From contig NC_087436.1 of the NCBI RefSeq assembly GCF_036321535.1, forward strand, positions 85,934,001 through 85,998,000: 64,000 nucleotides of DNA, in the 5' to 3' direction. How positions within the stretch are numbered: the stretch's first letter is position 1; each line of letters opens with the position of its first letter. The notes beneath the pieces are model-generated. The model saw only the letters and a program-made list of their open reading frames with translations, was not told the DNA's origin and did no database searches. The translations under genes were made by a program, and so were the position numbers. Source of the stretch: Camelus dromedarius (lineage: Eukaryota). Positions 1-11,078 of the stretch are shown piece after piece.

Positions 1-205
1 TGTCTTTTGGGTTTTTTTGGATTCCACATATGAGTGATATCATATGGTATTTTTCTTTCTCTTTCTGGCTTACTTCACTTAGAATAATAATTTCCAGGTC
101 CACCCACATTATTTCATTCTTTTTTATGGCTGAGTAGTTTTCCATTGTATAACTATACCACAACTTCTTTACCCAGTCATCTGTCGAAGGACATTTAGCT
201 TGTTT
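1..205 (-). mobile_element. Lineage-specific LINE-1 3' region fragment (runs off the left edge of the window)
   Basis: GATTCCACATATGAGTGATATCATATGGTATTTTTCTTTCTCTTTCTGGCTTACTTCACTTAG...CAGTCATCTGTCGAAGGACATTTAG is a typical antisense L1 ORF2 end/3' UTR. It is similar to 56270-56470. Confidence 0.9.
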
Positions 206-284
206 GTGACATGTTTTTAATTTGTGAAATGATATAACCTCTATCCCTCTTTGGAACTGAAATTAAGAACTAGTCTTCCACATT

Positions 285-488
285 CAGCAATACACTAGTA
301 AACGTTTAACAATTGGCTCTCTGTAGGGGAAAGCCCTGATTGGTAGCATTTGACGATTTCACTGCAGTAAATACTCTGACTATAGCTGATTTGAAGCCAC
401 CAACCTTATCGACCCCAAAACAGAGCTGAGGAGAGAGAAAAACAAAATGCTCTTAAGAGCCATGCCAGCCAGCTCCTGCACACCATTA
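285..488 (-). mobile_element. MER63-like hAT (Blackjack) non-autonomous DNA transposon
   Basis: Decayed termini CAGCAATACACTAGTAAACGTTTAACAATTGGCTCTCTG and GCCAGCTCCTGCACACCATT, with internal AAGCCCTGATTGGTAGCATTTG, match the MER63 consensus as remembered. Confidence 0.7.
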
Positions 489-1752
489 TATCTGAGGCTC
501 ACTTGCCTCCAAATTTTCCTTTTCCCTCTTTAACCAGAAATTTGGATTGCCCTGGGCTGTGTCCAACTTTCTGTGACTTCATGATTATTTTCATGGTTTT
601 ATACTTTCAATTAGTAATGATTGCTATTTGAAATACAGAAACTTTGGGAGAAGTTTTTCACATCCATGCCATTCCCAAGGCTGAATTGCCCTTTCTGTCA
701 CAAACTCTAATCTGTCAAAAGAATTAGGCAGAGGGGTTCAACTTTGTGCCTGCCGTTTCACAAAGATTTGCACCAGACAGTAAATCCCATGAAAAAGAAA
801 CTCAGGCTCAATAATATGACCATGAGTAAGTGTTATTCATCATGACTGTTTACCAACAGTTTCACATGCTTTTGCAGATACTTCATACATGGTTTTCAAG
901 GCAGTATTTACGCAAAGGATTAGAGAAAGGGCAAAAGTTTCAAGGGAGAGACCTCACCAAAGCACATATCTCTCCCAGCATTAAATTGTCAACAAAATTA
1001 AACCTTTGCTCCACCCTAGAGCACAGCTTCCCAGCCAACGTTAGACACCCACGTGTGCTGGCAAAGATAAAGTCAACAACAAAAGCACACATGTCACATC
1101 TCCTGCAGAATGACATGCCCACCACTGCTTGGGTGGGGCAGCCCAAGCCTGCTGGAAATCCTCACCGTCAACACAGCAGCAAGCCCATCTCTCGCTCTGT
1201 GGCTGACGGCAGGAGATGGAACGTTGCTTCTGAAAGCAATGATAGCAAAGCCAGCAAGGCCCCAACTGTTTGTTAAATGCCTAACGATTAACAGAAGCCC
1301 CGGCCTCAGCCTTTGGGGCTGCCACTCAGGGTAGTCTGTTTAGTAAACAGTCAACCACCAATATCTTGAACAGTTTGAACAGATGGCTCCAGGGTTCAGG
1401 CCAACTGTGTTGCCCTCAATTTCACACAGCTTTGGGTAGTGAAGGCCATAAAAATCAAGCAAAGTATAAACATAGACACTCCCCCTCCCTTCTTCCTCCT
1501 CCACAAATGCACAGGGGCTCCAATCTCTAGGTGATGAAATCTGACAAAGATTTAAGATTAGAGAGGGAGCCTGAGTGGAGTGGATTTGAAGTCATTAGAA
1601 ATTGTCTGTGTGTGACTGAAAATTGAGGAGAAGGAAATGGAATCCACCCACGTTTCTCAGCATGGAGCACATGAAGGAACTGATACAATGAAAGAATGTC
1701 ATGAAACTCAGCCAATGGCTCAGAAATCTCTAGGCAGAAACCAGTGCTTCTA

Positions 1753-1918
1753 GGTGGAGGATACACCTCAGCGGTAGAGCACATGATTAGTATGCATGAA
1801 GTCCTGGGTTCAATCCCCAGTACCTCTGTTAAAAAGTAAATAAATAAATCTCATTACACCCCTTTCATGAGAAGCATAAAATTTTAAGAAGAAAAGAAAC
1901 TTATAAAAGAAAACAAAA
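1753..1918 (+). mobile_element. tRNA-derived SINE (Vic-1-like, camelid), long form
   Basis: A-box/B-box head (CTCAGCGGTAGAG...GGGTTCAATCCC) and A-rich tail. TSD AGAAACCAGTGCTTCTA (1736-1752) / AGAAACCACTGGTTCTA (1919-1935). Confidence 0.9.
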
Positions 1919-2733
1919 AGAAACCACTGGTTCTAAAGTAGAAATACCTGGCAATTCAGTTGTAAATGGGACATTTGGCCTACCCACTGTAGAACTTCTC
2001 CATTACATTCCAGATTCCATTGTAAACAAGAAAAATATTGGAGGCTGAGCTATGAACATCTCAGGTTTGATGTAATTATGAATATCACCTGCTGGAGACA
2101 GACCACCCTCTCACCAGTTCCAACCTTGCCGCTGAGCACCTGTTATGCTCTCTCTACATTTGTGAAATGGGTGCAGAAAGCCTGACTTTGTATATTTCAT
2201 AGAGTTGTTGCTAAGATACCTGAAATATGTCTTCTGGGCCAGAGGGTGCTGTAAATTCATGCTTTTAGGCCATGGTCTACTCCAAATAAATGGTAGATCA
2301 AATTTTAAAAGAAAATTTAATTTTCAGAAAACTGAAACAGACATATCCCTCATTCCAAAACAAGGTAAATTTGGCATGAATCAGTAGCGCAAATCAGGAA
2401 ACAAAGAGGGAGGTGAGCTCCCACACCTGAGTTATGGATGGAGCTGAAATATAGATGGATCTAATATAAAGCTCCCTACATGGGGAAAAGGGAGAAAGCA
2501 GACCCAGGTCCCTGCTCCTGCCGGCTGGAGTGGGTGACTGGAGAGGTGCTGTTGTCAACCTCACCAAAAGACAGGTGCCCTGAGATTCCAACAGAAATGC
2601 AGAATTCTTAATCAAGAACCCCTGGGGTCTAATTGAGACGTCCACAAAATAAAAGGAGGGATGATATTAGAGAAAGAAAACAAAGCCCTTCTGCTCAAGA
2701 TGGACCTGTAAATCAAAATTCTAAAACACAGAA

Positions 2734-2850
2734 GGGAGGATGAGGGTATAGCTCAGTGGCAGAGGTTGTGCTTAGCCTGTGTGAGGTCCTGGGTTCAAAC
2801 CCCAGCACCCCCATTTTTTTTAGGTTATTAAAAAATTTTAAAAAAAGGAA
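2734..2850 (+). mobile_element. tRNA-derived SINE (Vic-1-like), short form
   Basis: GAGGGTATAGCTCAGTGGCAGAG...GAGGTCCTGGGTTCAAACCCCAGCACC followed by a T/A-rich tail. No clear TSD. Confidence 0.88.
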
Positions 2851-3123
2851 AAATAAATCTAAGGAAGTTAGCCAACAACATAAAAATCAAGAGAGCAATT
2901 CACTCCTGGAAACCGGCTATTATTTCACTGGCACTTGTTTTTCAAATGGACCTATCTGAAAATGACTATGTAAGCGTATTTAAAGACATCTAAGAAATAG
3001 AGAAAGGACTGGCATCCATAAAAAAGAACCAAAAGTCATTATACAGAGAGGAAGAAATAATAATAATAATATAATGACAATAAAAATATGCAGAATACAT
3101 AGATTAATAGAAATCCCCCAAAT

Positions 3124-4340
3124 GACTTCTGGTTTCAGTTCTAACATGTAAAGAGCTTGAAAGTCATCACTCCTAAACTTACAACAACAGAAAGCTGAAC
3201 AAATTGAAAATCAACAACTTTTCATGAACCTATCGGAGAAGTAGAGAGGTGAATTCAGAGAGTCATAGCCAAGATTTGATTATCTGGGGCAGAAGATGCT
3301 GGAGCCATAACCTGGTAGGAATTCTCAAATAGTAATTCTGATGTGTTGCTGGGGACTGAGTATGGACAAATGAGAGTGAAAAACTCCTGGGGATTCAGTC
3401 TCGGGAAGATCCCCCCACATTTTCATGGGTTTTTCCTCTAGGAACCCCACCAGGTTCTTACAGTCATAATCTGAGAAATAGCTCTCTGTGGCTCAGGCAG
3501 GAGGAAGGAAAGAGTAAACCTTATGAAATACACCCAGAGTTTTTTTTTTTTTTTCCATAGCAAATGCTTATTTTCCGGGGAAACGAATTTATCAGGGCCT
3601 TATCTTGGCTAGGGAGAAGGACATCTCTCCTATTCCATAAGAGAGGAAAAAAGTTGAGAAACATTCGTGAAACTCTTAGCTCAGGGACACACAGCCTACT
3701 AAAAGACAGTTTGATTAAATAAGATTATAGAGCACTTTCTCTGTCCCTCACCTTTCCACACACCCACAGTGCTCCAGCACAATAACAATGGCTCCCAGTT
3801 GAAAGAGTTGCAAGATGAAGACTCTCTGAGGAGGAGTTTTTAGAGAAGCCAAGAGGAAAGACAAAAACAAGGATGCTAAAATAATTTGAAACCTGTGGAC
3901 GCTGTAGCTACAGAAAACAAACAGAGCCCAACTTTTAGCCAGATTAACATAAAACTTCATGCCAAAATCTTATTTACCTTAGTTCCTATTACCTGATATA
4001 TCATGTCTATCTTTCAACAAAAAAATTGCAAGACACATTAAAAGAGAAGTAAAAATCTAAAGAGAAACAAAGCAATCATCAGAATTGATATGCTAAGAGG
4101 GAAGATAAAGTGGAATCATGAAAACTACTCAATTAACATCAAAGAAGACAGAAAAGGAAGAGGAAAAAAACAAAGAAAAATGCAACAAATAGAAAAGAGT
4201 TACAAACATGGTTGGTATTAATCCAACTACGTCAATAATCACTTTAAATATGAATGGTCTAAATACACTAATTAAAAGATAGAGATTATCGGAGTTGATT
4301 AAAAAAACCAAAACTCAACTGTACATTGTCTGCAAGAAAT
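3124..4340 (+). mobile_element. L1M (L1MD/MC-like) 5' UTR joined to the start of ORF2 (endonuclease), with most of ORF1 deleted
   Basis: Starts GACTTCTGGTTTCAGTTCTAACATG, like an L1 5' end. From 4208 it translates MVGINPTTSIITLNMNGLNTLIKR*RLSELIKK, a degenerate copy of the L1 ORF2 N-terminal motif TLNVNGLN..IKR.RL. Confidence 0.75.
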
Positions 4341-4491
4341 TCCAAGGGGAAAAAATGCAATGAAAAATTCAATGGATGGAATAAATGTGTTTGTTCACCA
4401 TCAAAAGAGGTATTAAGAAGATAAAATTAAAAATCATGCAATGCAGAGATTTTAAGAAGATTGGAAGTGCAGTTGTGACACATGAAGTCTT

Positions 4492-4801
4492 TTTTTTTTT
4501 CTAATTAGAGTACAGTTAGTTTCAATGTATCAATTTCTGGTGCACAGCACAATGTCCCAGCCATACATATGTATACATACATTCACTTTCATATTCTTTT
4601 TCATTAAAGGTTATTGCAAAATATTGACTATACTTCATATGCTATACAGAAGAAATTTGCTTATCTTTTTTTATATAGTAGTTAATATTTGCAAATCTCA
4701 AACTCCCGAATTTATCCCTTCCCATCCCCTTTCCCCCAGTATCCATAAGATTGTTAACTATGTCTGCAAGTCTGTTTCTGTTTTGAAGATGAGTTCATTC
4801 A
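4492..4801 (-). mobile_element. Young 5'-truncated L1 3' UTR insertion
   Basis: Poly(T) then antisense L1 3' UTR. Perfect 17-bp TSD GTGACACATGAAGTCTT at 4475-4491 and 4802-4818. Confidence 0.93.
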
Positions 4802-5132
4802 GTGACACATGAAGTCTTGATTGGGAGACTCCAATAAATTTTGAAGAGGAGATTCAGAGGAGGCTAGAGGAAATGTGAAGGAAGGCACAATATTCAAAGA
4901 GGTGACAGCTGAGAATTTCTCAGGACTGAAAAAAAGGGTATGAGAGATCAGGAACACCAAGGACTTAACAGGATAGATGAAAACAAATCCACACCTATAC
5001 ACATTGATGAGAAACTGCAAAACATACAGAGGTAACCTTAAAAGCTACCAGAATGAGAAGACAGATTATTCTCATTAGCATCAATGCATGACAGGAGGCA
5101 AGATGATACCAGCTTTAAAGTGCTAGGGATTC

Positions 5133-5625
5133 TGTCTGTAAATTAGAATTAGGTTTAGCTAAAAGTAATAGGAAAACTGAAAAGAGCAGCAACTTAAACA
5201 GGGAAGTTTTGTTCCCTCTTAGGTCAAAGTCCAGAAGCTAATATCCAAGACTACAGTGATAGCTCTCCTCCCTGCTCCTTGAAGATTCAGGCTGCTTTCT
5301 CCTCTCAGATCTGTGACCTCTGGGTGGTGTCCCTTGTCTCATAGCCCAAGAGGACATTCAGCCGTCAGATCCATATTTCAAGCAGCTGGATGGAGGAAGA
5401 GAGAAAAGAGAAGAAAAGGGCACTCTTGAGTATTTTGCTGAGGAGGGTTCAGAGGCAGCTTCACAACACTTCTATCTACAGCCATTGGTTAGAACTTGGG
5501 GACATGGCAACACCTGGAGAGGATGGAAAATGTGGTCTTCATTTTGTTGTGCCCAGTTGAAAGTTAGTTTTCTATGGAAGAAGCAGACAATAGATATTGG
5601 AGGAACCAATAGCAATTCCTCCCAT
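5133..5625 (-). mobile_element. MaLR solo LTR (MLT1K/L-like)
   Basis: TGTCTGTAAATTAGAATTAGGTTTAGCT...CTTAAACAGG at the start; CCATTGGTTAGAACTTGGGGACATGGCAACACCT...GGAAAATGTGGTCTT inside; AATAGATATTGGAGGAACCAATAGCAATTC at the end. Confidence 0.7.
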
Positions 5626-5799
5626 AATATGTTTAAAATCCTTTTGAGGTTCTTTTCTGTTTTCTAAGATATTTTAATTCCAAAAATCACGACTATAGCA
5701 TTATTTAAAACAGCTAAACCTAACAACAACAATAACAAAAAATCACTGAGATCTGGTAAGTTTTGGGAAACTATGGGTAACAGAGTACCTGTAAAATGG

Positions 5800-5965
5800 T
5801 TGCTCCTGCTAGGGATTCATGGATGGATTTTAGAGGCTTTGTCAACCTCTACAACTATAGGCAGATTTGGAGGGTTTTGTGCAGTTTCCTGGGAGATGCT
5901 TCAGAACTTTTGATAAATTCTCAACAGTGTCTATGACCTCCCCACCCTCCAGGGAAACTAAAATT
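5800..5965. mobile_element. Decayed hAT-Charlie MITE (Charlie4z-like)
   Basis: GGGATTCATGGATGGATTTTAGAGG...TTTCCTGGGAGATGCTTCAGAACTTTTGATAAATTCTCAACAGTGTCTATGACC. Confidence 0.45.
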
Positions 5966-6921
5966 AACTTTTCAAAATGAGTTTAGGTTAAATCTTAAGA
6001 ATTCTACTTAAATGTTTACACACTGTTGAAGATTGAGACCAAATTAATCCAACCAAGTCCTGTAATATAACAGCTATACATAATTAAATGGTGCAGCTCG
6101 TGTTTACAACTGGAAAATTTGCCCTCTAGCCTTTTGGTTTGAATACCTCACCCAGTATATAAACTCCTTTATTATTAGTTATTGTTTTATATCTTGCTTG
6201 CTAAGTAAGTGAGCAAGTAACCTCTTTAAGACAGGACTTTATTCTTTATTCATCTTTGCATGATGTCAAGGGCAAGTCCTTGCCTGTAGTAAGCATCCTA
6301 CCGATTGCCAGATATCCGTTTAGTCATCCCCTAGTAACTACCTATCTGGCTTGGCCCTATCCATTTCCTGCTCCCTAGAGGAGAGTCCATTGGTGATAGA
6401 AAGCTATAATCCTCCTTTCAATTTTTAACTTCTGCTGCTGCTCTCTAATCCTTCTCTGAAATTAGTTTGCATAGATATGGTATCCTCCTCTTCCTAGAGA
6501 GGATAAGGAGCTTGAGCTTTAGATATGTTAATTACCCAAGTATGGATAAGAAGCCTGCAGCACCAGTTGATAGAAGCGAGATTGCTTAATTCCCCCTTCT
6601 GGTCTTATCCATATACCCGCACAATTTTTGCAGGGGATGAAGGGCAAGACTTACCATTCCTGCTCTTTCGATACCATGCCCAGTCTCTACACCCAAGGAA
6701 GTGTCCCCTGGTCCTCTTCTGCCACTGTGTTCTAGGCTGAGGACTAAGAAGTTGATTTTATCAGCAAGATACAACCAGAGAACCTCAGAATTTCAAAGGC
6801 TCAACGAACATCCTTATAGCAATCACTGAGAGTCGACACCATATCAGCTCTATTTTGGGGCTTATTTGGCAATAATGACAATACTTGCTAATATTTATTG
6901 AGCTTTTTTTATCATTGTTGC

Positions 6922-7150
6922 TTTTAAAGAGCACCTACTATGTGTCCGGCTGACCTAAATGTTTTACATGAACCTGATCCTCCATGTGGCCCAAGGAGTT
7001 TTGTGTTGCTAATATTTTCCTCGCTATTTATAGATGAGGAAACCACAGTAAAGAAAAGTAACGTAACTTGTCCAACATCACACAACCAGTAAGTGAAGGA
7101 GACAGATTTTGAATCTAGGCTCCAAACTTGAGTTTTCTATCACTGCTTCT
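6922..7150 (-). mobile_element. MIR SINE
   Basis: GAGCACCTACTATGTG...TTATAGATGAGGAAAC...TAACTTGTCCAACATCACACAACCAGTAAGTG (antisense MIR core). Confidence 0.85.
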
Positions 7151-7205
7151 CAGTTTACCCAGGACAGGCACCAAAACCCCAAGTGCCTTAAGTTTTTACA
7201 TTTTT

Positions 7206-7441
7206 CAGCATGGTGTTGTGGGTAAAAGCACACTCTAGAGTCAGGTAAAGAAAGCTGTGTTTTAATTTCAGGTCCACTAGTATCAACTCAGGTGAATAAA
7301 CCCAATTCAATGAATCATTTCAACCCTCTAAGTTGTCGCTCATCAGTCAAGTCTCCATTCCAGTATCTGCGTTGCAGGATTGTTGTGTGGATTAAGTGTA
7401 AATTGCTTCACACAATGCCTGGCACAAAGCACATACTCAGT
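7206..7441 (+). mobile_element. MIR SINE
   Basis: CAGCATGGTGTTGTGGGTAAAAGCAC...CAGGATTGTTGTGTGGATTAA...CACAATGCCTGGCACA. Confidence 0.8.
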
Positions 7442-9231
7442 ACCCACACACATGCATAAATAGACATGGGGATGGAAATGGGATACTTGAGACTCCATCT
7501 GAATTATATGATTTCTATACAGTTACAGTTTGTCATTGAAGAAAATCTGGCTAGAGAGAGTTGTTGAATCAAAAGAACTAAGCAATAGAGGGAGACAAGG
7601 AGCAGGAAAAAATTGGATTCTGGAATCCAGTTTTGGTACAAGGGACTTCCGCTTAATATCCTCACACACTAAGTGAAAATGGGCTGAGAAGCCTTCCAAA
7701 CACAGCCATTGGAAATGTTCAGGTCGAATTCAGAAATGGCTCAAAATGGTTCGGGAAGGAATCTGAGTACAGGGAGAGGAAAAAGACACACACAGGTGAT
7801 GAAGGAGAGGAAGAGGGAAAATGTAAATTGCATGAATCCAACAAATGGGTAGGAAGGAAGACTGCTCAGCGATCATGACTGCTGTCTAGTTCATTAGAAA
7901 GACAAACTCAACCTCAGACAAAGAATATTAGGAGGGAAAATTAGATAAACCTTTGCACATTAGATCTCATTAATAACACTTAAGACATAGTTAAGAGTCG
8001 GGTGTCAAAGGTAACATTGTTTAGTGACAAATATATTGATTATAAAATGCATAACAATTGAAGGAGGGCATTTCAGAGAAGGCCTCATAGTTTCAAAGAT
8101 ATTTGAAAAAGAAATTGTTAAAAATTTGTGAAAACTAACAGAGTAAGACAAATACAAAATGACTCCAGAGGTCTTTTTTCACCATTTTAGGGAAAAAAAA
8201 ACCCATAAAGCTGGTAGTGGAAATTTATGTTGGGTGCTTTTAAATTGCCATTGTGGCTTCTTCCCTGGAGCCTGAAAAGGCTTCATGCATTCATCCACCA
8301 GGTTCTGACCGTTAAAGGATCATTCATCGCAAAACCGCATGGAATAATTAATATGGCAGAAACTCATCAAGTTGTCTCTGCAAGGTCAGATGCATGATGC
8401 ACTGAATACAATTAGGAGGTTAAACTCGCCTGTCAACTTTTACAGTAATAGCTGTTTGTAGGGGTCAATACCTTTCAAGGATATGGGCCCAAGAATGAAA
8501 TTACTAAGGAGCTGGCACAGCTGTGGAACCTTTTCTTTTTGCTTTCATCACCCAAGGCAACACATTTCAAAATCCCTTAAAAATATTAAAAACATATAAC
8601 ATTTTAAAACCGACATTCATGAATAGGCTAAGGTACATTCTCTTGTCAGTAATAAGTGAAACAAACAAATATATCCGCTAAATTGAAATCTTTAGTTCCA
8701 TTCTGGCCAAATGAAAGCGTAACAAACAGAATTTCCTGACCTCTGCTCTCAAATCATATCAGACCTTTGGGAAAACACTGTCACTTTCACAATAAAGCAA
8801 TTTGTGAGATGGGAGAAGAGAGTGGAAGAGAAATGGAGCATCTAAATCTTGGTTATATCCTAAATTGCAAAAAACTTACTGTTAAAGGAATAACTGTATG
8901 TTAATTACTCAATCCGAATTTTTAAAAGAGAAAAACCTCTCAAGGGCATGTGTGGATACATGTGTGTCAGGATACAGGGTCAGGGAGAATTGGGGACATA
9001 GCTGGAAGAAGAGAGCTAACTTGAGTAGACAACGTTTTTGGAGATGGGTAGCTAGAAAGAGAAAGAAAAAAGGAAGAGCCTTTTGTCACCCTCTTCCTTC
9101 TTCTCATGGCCAAAGGGCCCTGTGACCAGTCATGACAACTCCAACCCCTCATAAAGACCAGATGGTTCTAGTTATAAATAGATATGCATATATGTGTCTA
9201 TATATATGAATACGTTTATAGACACACATAT

Positions 9232-9420
9232 GCTATTTATTGAACACCAATTATGTGCTAGATACTGTCTCAAGCATTTTTAATACATGATCTCCTTTAA
9301 TTCACAAAACAACCCTAGGGAGAAACAGGTATTGCCTCCCTTTCACTGAGTGAGAAACTATTCTATTGATTATGTAACTTGCTCAAGGTGACCCAGCTAA
9401 TAGTTGGACTCTGAAACCTT
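9232..9420 (-). mobile_element. MIR SINE
   Basis: ATTTATTGAACACCAATTATGTGCTAGATACTG...AACAACCCTAGG...GTAACTTGCTCAAGGTGACCCAGCTA. Confidence 0.85.
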
Positions 9421-10401
9421 TGCTTCCAACAGCACATCATGCTGTTATCCAAACACCAAATGGCCTCCGTCTTTGGTAAGACAGGCTCTAGCCACAGGAT
9501 TGGGAGCTGGGTTCATCATGATCTCTGGCTGTCTTCATTGACTTTGGGCATCTCTAAAGTGCCCCTGGATGCCGCTTCAGATTTCCCCACCTCCCCTCCT
9601 TCTGACTGGTCTTCTGCCTAAACTGCTAAAGGAAACCACACAAAACAATGTAGGACAGAACAAAATCCGGCTTTATTAATTCCATTAAAATACAGGCCTC
9701 TCAATGCATTGGATTCCTCCAAGAGCTTTCATGCCAATAATTTCAACTCCCATGACCCTCCTTCTTACACCTAAGTTCTTGTTTTATCGTGACCATTGTC
9801 CTGGCAGGAGCAGACTGCCACCAGCTCTCCCTTGCCAGGTATCCGAGGGCCTGTTCGGAGGTTCTTATCCCTAAAACTCTTGGCTGCATCCAGTTCTGAC
9901 TCAAAAAACACAATGAAGAATTTACAACACTGGTTTCTGCCATCGCATAAAATTAGCCACCTAATTCCACATTTACAGAGGGCTTTTTTCCCTAATTACT
10001 TCTTTATTAAATGACTCATGGCACAGCAGGAGGGCAGGCTGATGTTATTGGACCCCAGAAACTTAATGAGATGATGAGCTGGGTATCTTCCCTCTGCCCC
10101 TCGTCCCTGCACTGGGCTCTGGCAGGCTCTCCCCGAGGACTGCACCTGTAGGCTGCCTTGTCCTCTGGCTGGGTTTGGTCAATGGGCGGGGGAGTTGGAG
10201 CTGGAGTATCTGGTCCCCTGTCTCCCTCTGTGTGGGTTCACTGTGGGTTTCTGTGAAGGCACAGGCCCTGTCACATGGCCCTCTCTCTGGTTGCCATAAA
10301 CCATTCACTTTAAATCTAAGGGTGACAGCTCCTAGCTGGTGTTAGCCCTGGGGTACTGCACCATCTCTTGTGTTGTCTCCCTAAACTCTGCCTGCATCTT
10401 T

Positions 10402-10860
10402 TTTTTTAAGTCTTTAAAAGGTCTTTTATTTATTTTTGCATTACAAATATGGAATAATACCACTGCAAGTTTAGCAAAAAAGAAAAAAATGCCCATAACC
10501 TAAATACAACTTAAGATTTTTGTTTATTTCTTGTTAATAGTCAACATATTTAACAGAGTCATAAACATGACGTTTGAATAATTTTATATCTTGCTTCTTC
10601 ACTTAGCCTACCATTGTTCACATTTTTTCCATATTGTTTGAAAGTTTATGATTTTTTAAATTGCAGTATAGTTCATTAACAATATATTAGTTTCAGGTGC
10701 ACAATATAGTGATTCAAAATTTTTATAGATAATACTCCATTTATAATTATTATAAAATAGTGGCTATATTCCCTGTGCTGCCTAATATATCCTTATTTAT
10801 TTATTTATTTATTTTGTATGTAATAGTTTATAGCTTTTAATCCACTACCCATATCTTACC
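10402..10860 (-). mobile_element. L1 3' end (10651-10860) plus ~250 bp of extra downstream sequence and a poly(A) tail, read as one insertion
   Basis: Degenerate 14-bp TSD CTGCCTGCATCTTT (10388-10401) / CTGCCCCCATCTTT (10861-10874). T-run at 10399-10407. Antisense L1 terminus TTTTTTAAATTGCAGTATAGTT...AGTTTCAGGTGCACAATATAGTGATTCA. Confidence 0.78.
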
Positions 10861-10904
10861 CTGCCCCCATCTTTGTAAAACGTTCCCTTTGTTAAACTCT
10901 CCTA

Positions 10905-11078
10905 GCAGGGGAGAGTATAGCTCAGTGGTAGAGCATGTACTTAGCATGCACAGGGTCCTGGGTTCAATCCCCAGTACCTCCATTAAAATAAATAAATAAA
11001 TAAACTTAATTACCTCCCCTCCCTCCAAAAACCAAAACAAACAAAATAAATACGATTAAATTTAAATTAAAAAAAAAC
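10905..11078 (+). mobile_element. tRNA-derived SINE (Vic-1-like), long form
   Basis: GGGGAGAGTATAGCTCAGTGGTAGAGCATGTACTTAGCATGCACAGGGTCCTGGGTTCAATCCCCAGTACCTCC, (AAAT)n, TAATTACCTCCCC and an A tail. TSD core CTCTCCTA at 10897-10904 and 11079-11086. Confidence 0.93.

Larger units (their letters stand above)
2380..5130 (+). mobile_element. Old L1 (L1M-type) 5'/ORF1 remnant, interrupted by several later insertions
   Basis: A-rich + strand with ORF1-like text (AAAATTCAATGGATGG; GCTGAGAATTTCTCAGGACTG; AAATCCACACCTATACACATT; CTTAAAAGCTACCAGAATGAGAAGACAGATTA). Confidence 0.65.

Noticed and set aside
830..1276. Longest ORF (148 aa)
   Set aside because: Starts at GTG, shows no recognisable domain or exon structure, and its length is within chance for 64 kb.
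10908..10982. tRNA-Ala-like sequence with A and B boxes (also at 1753, 2742, 18178, 37760, 42405)
   Set aside because: These are SINE heads. Most have tails and/or TSDs and the copies are diverged, so they are not tRNA genes.
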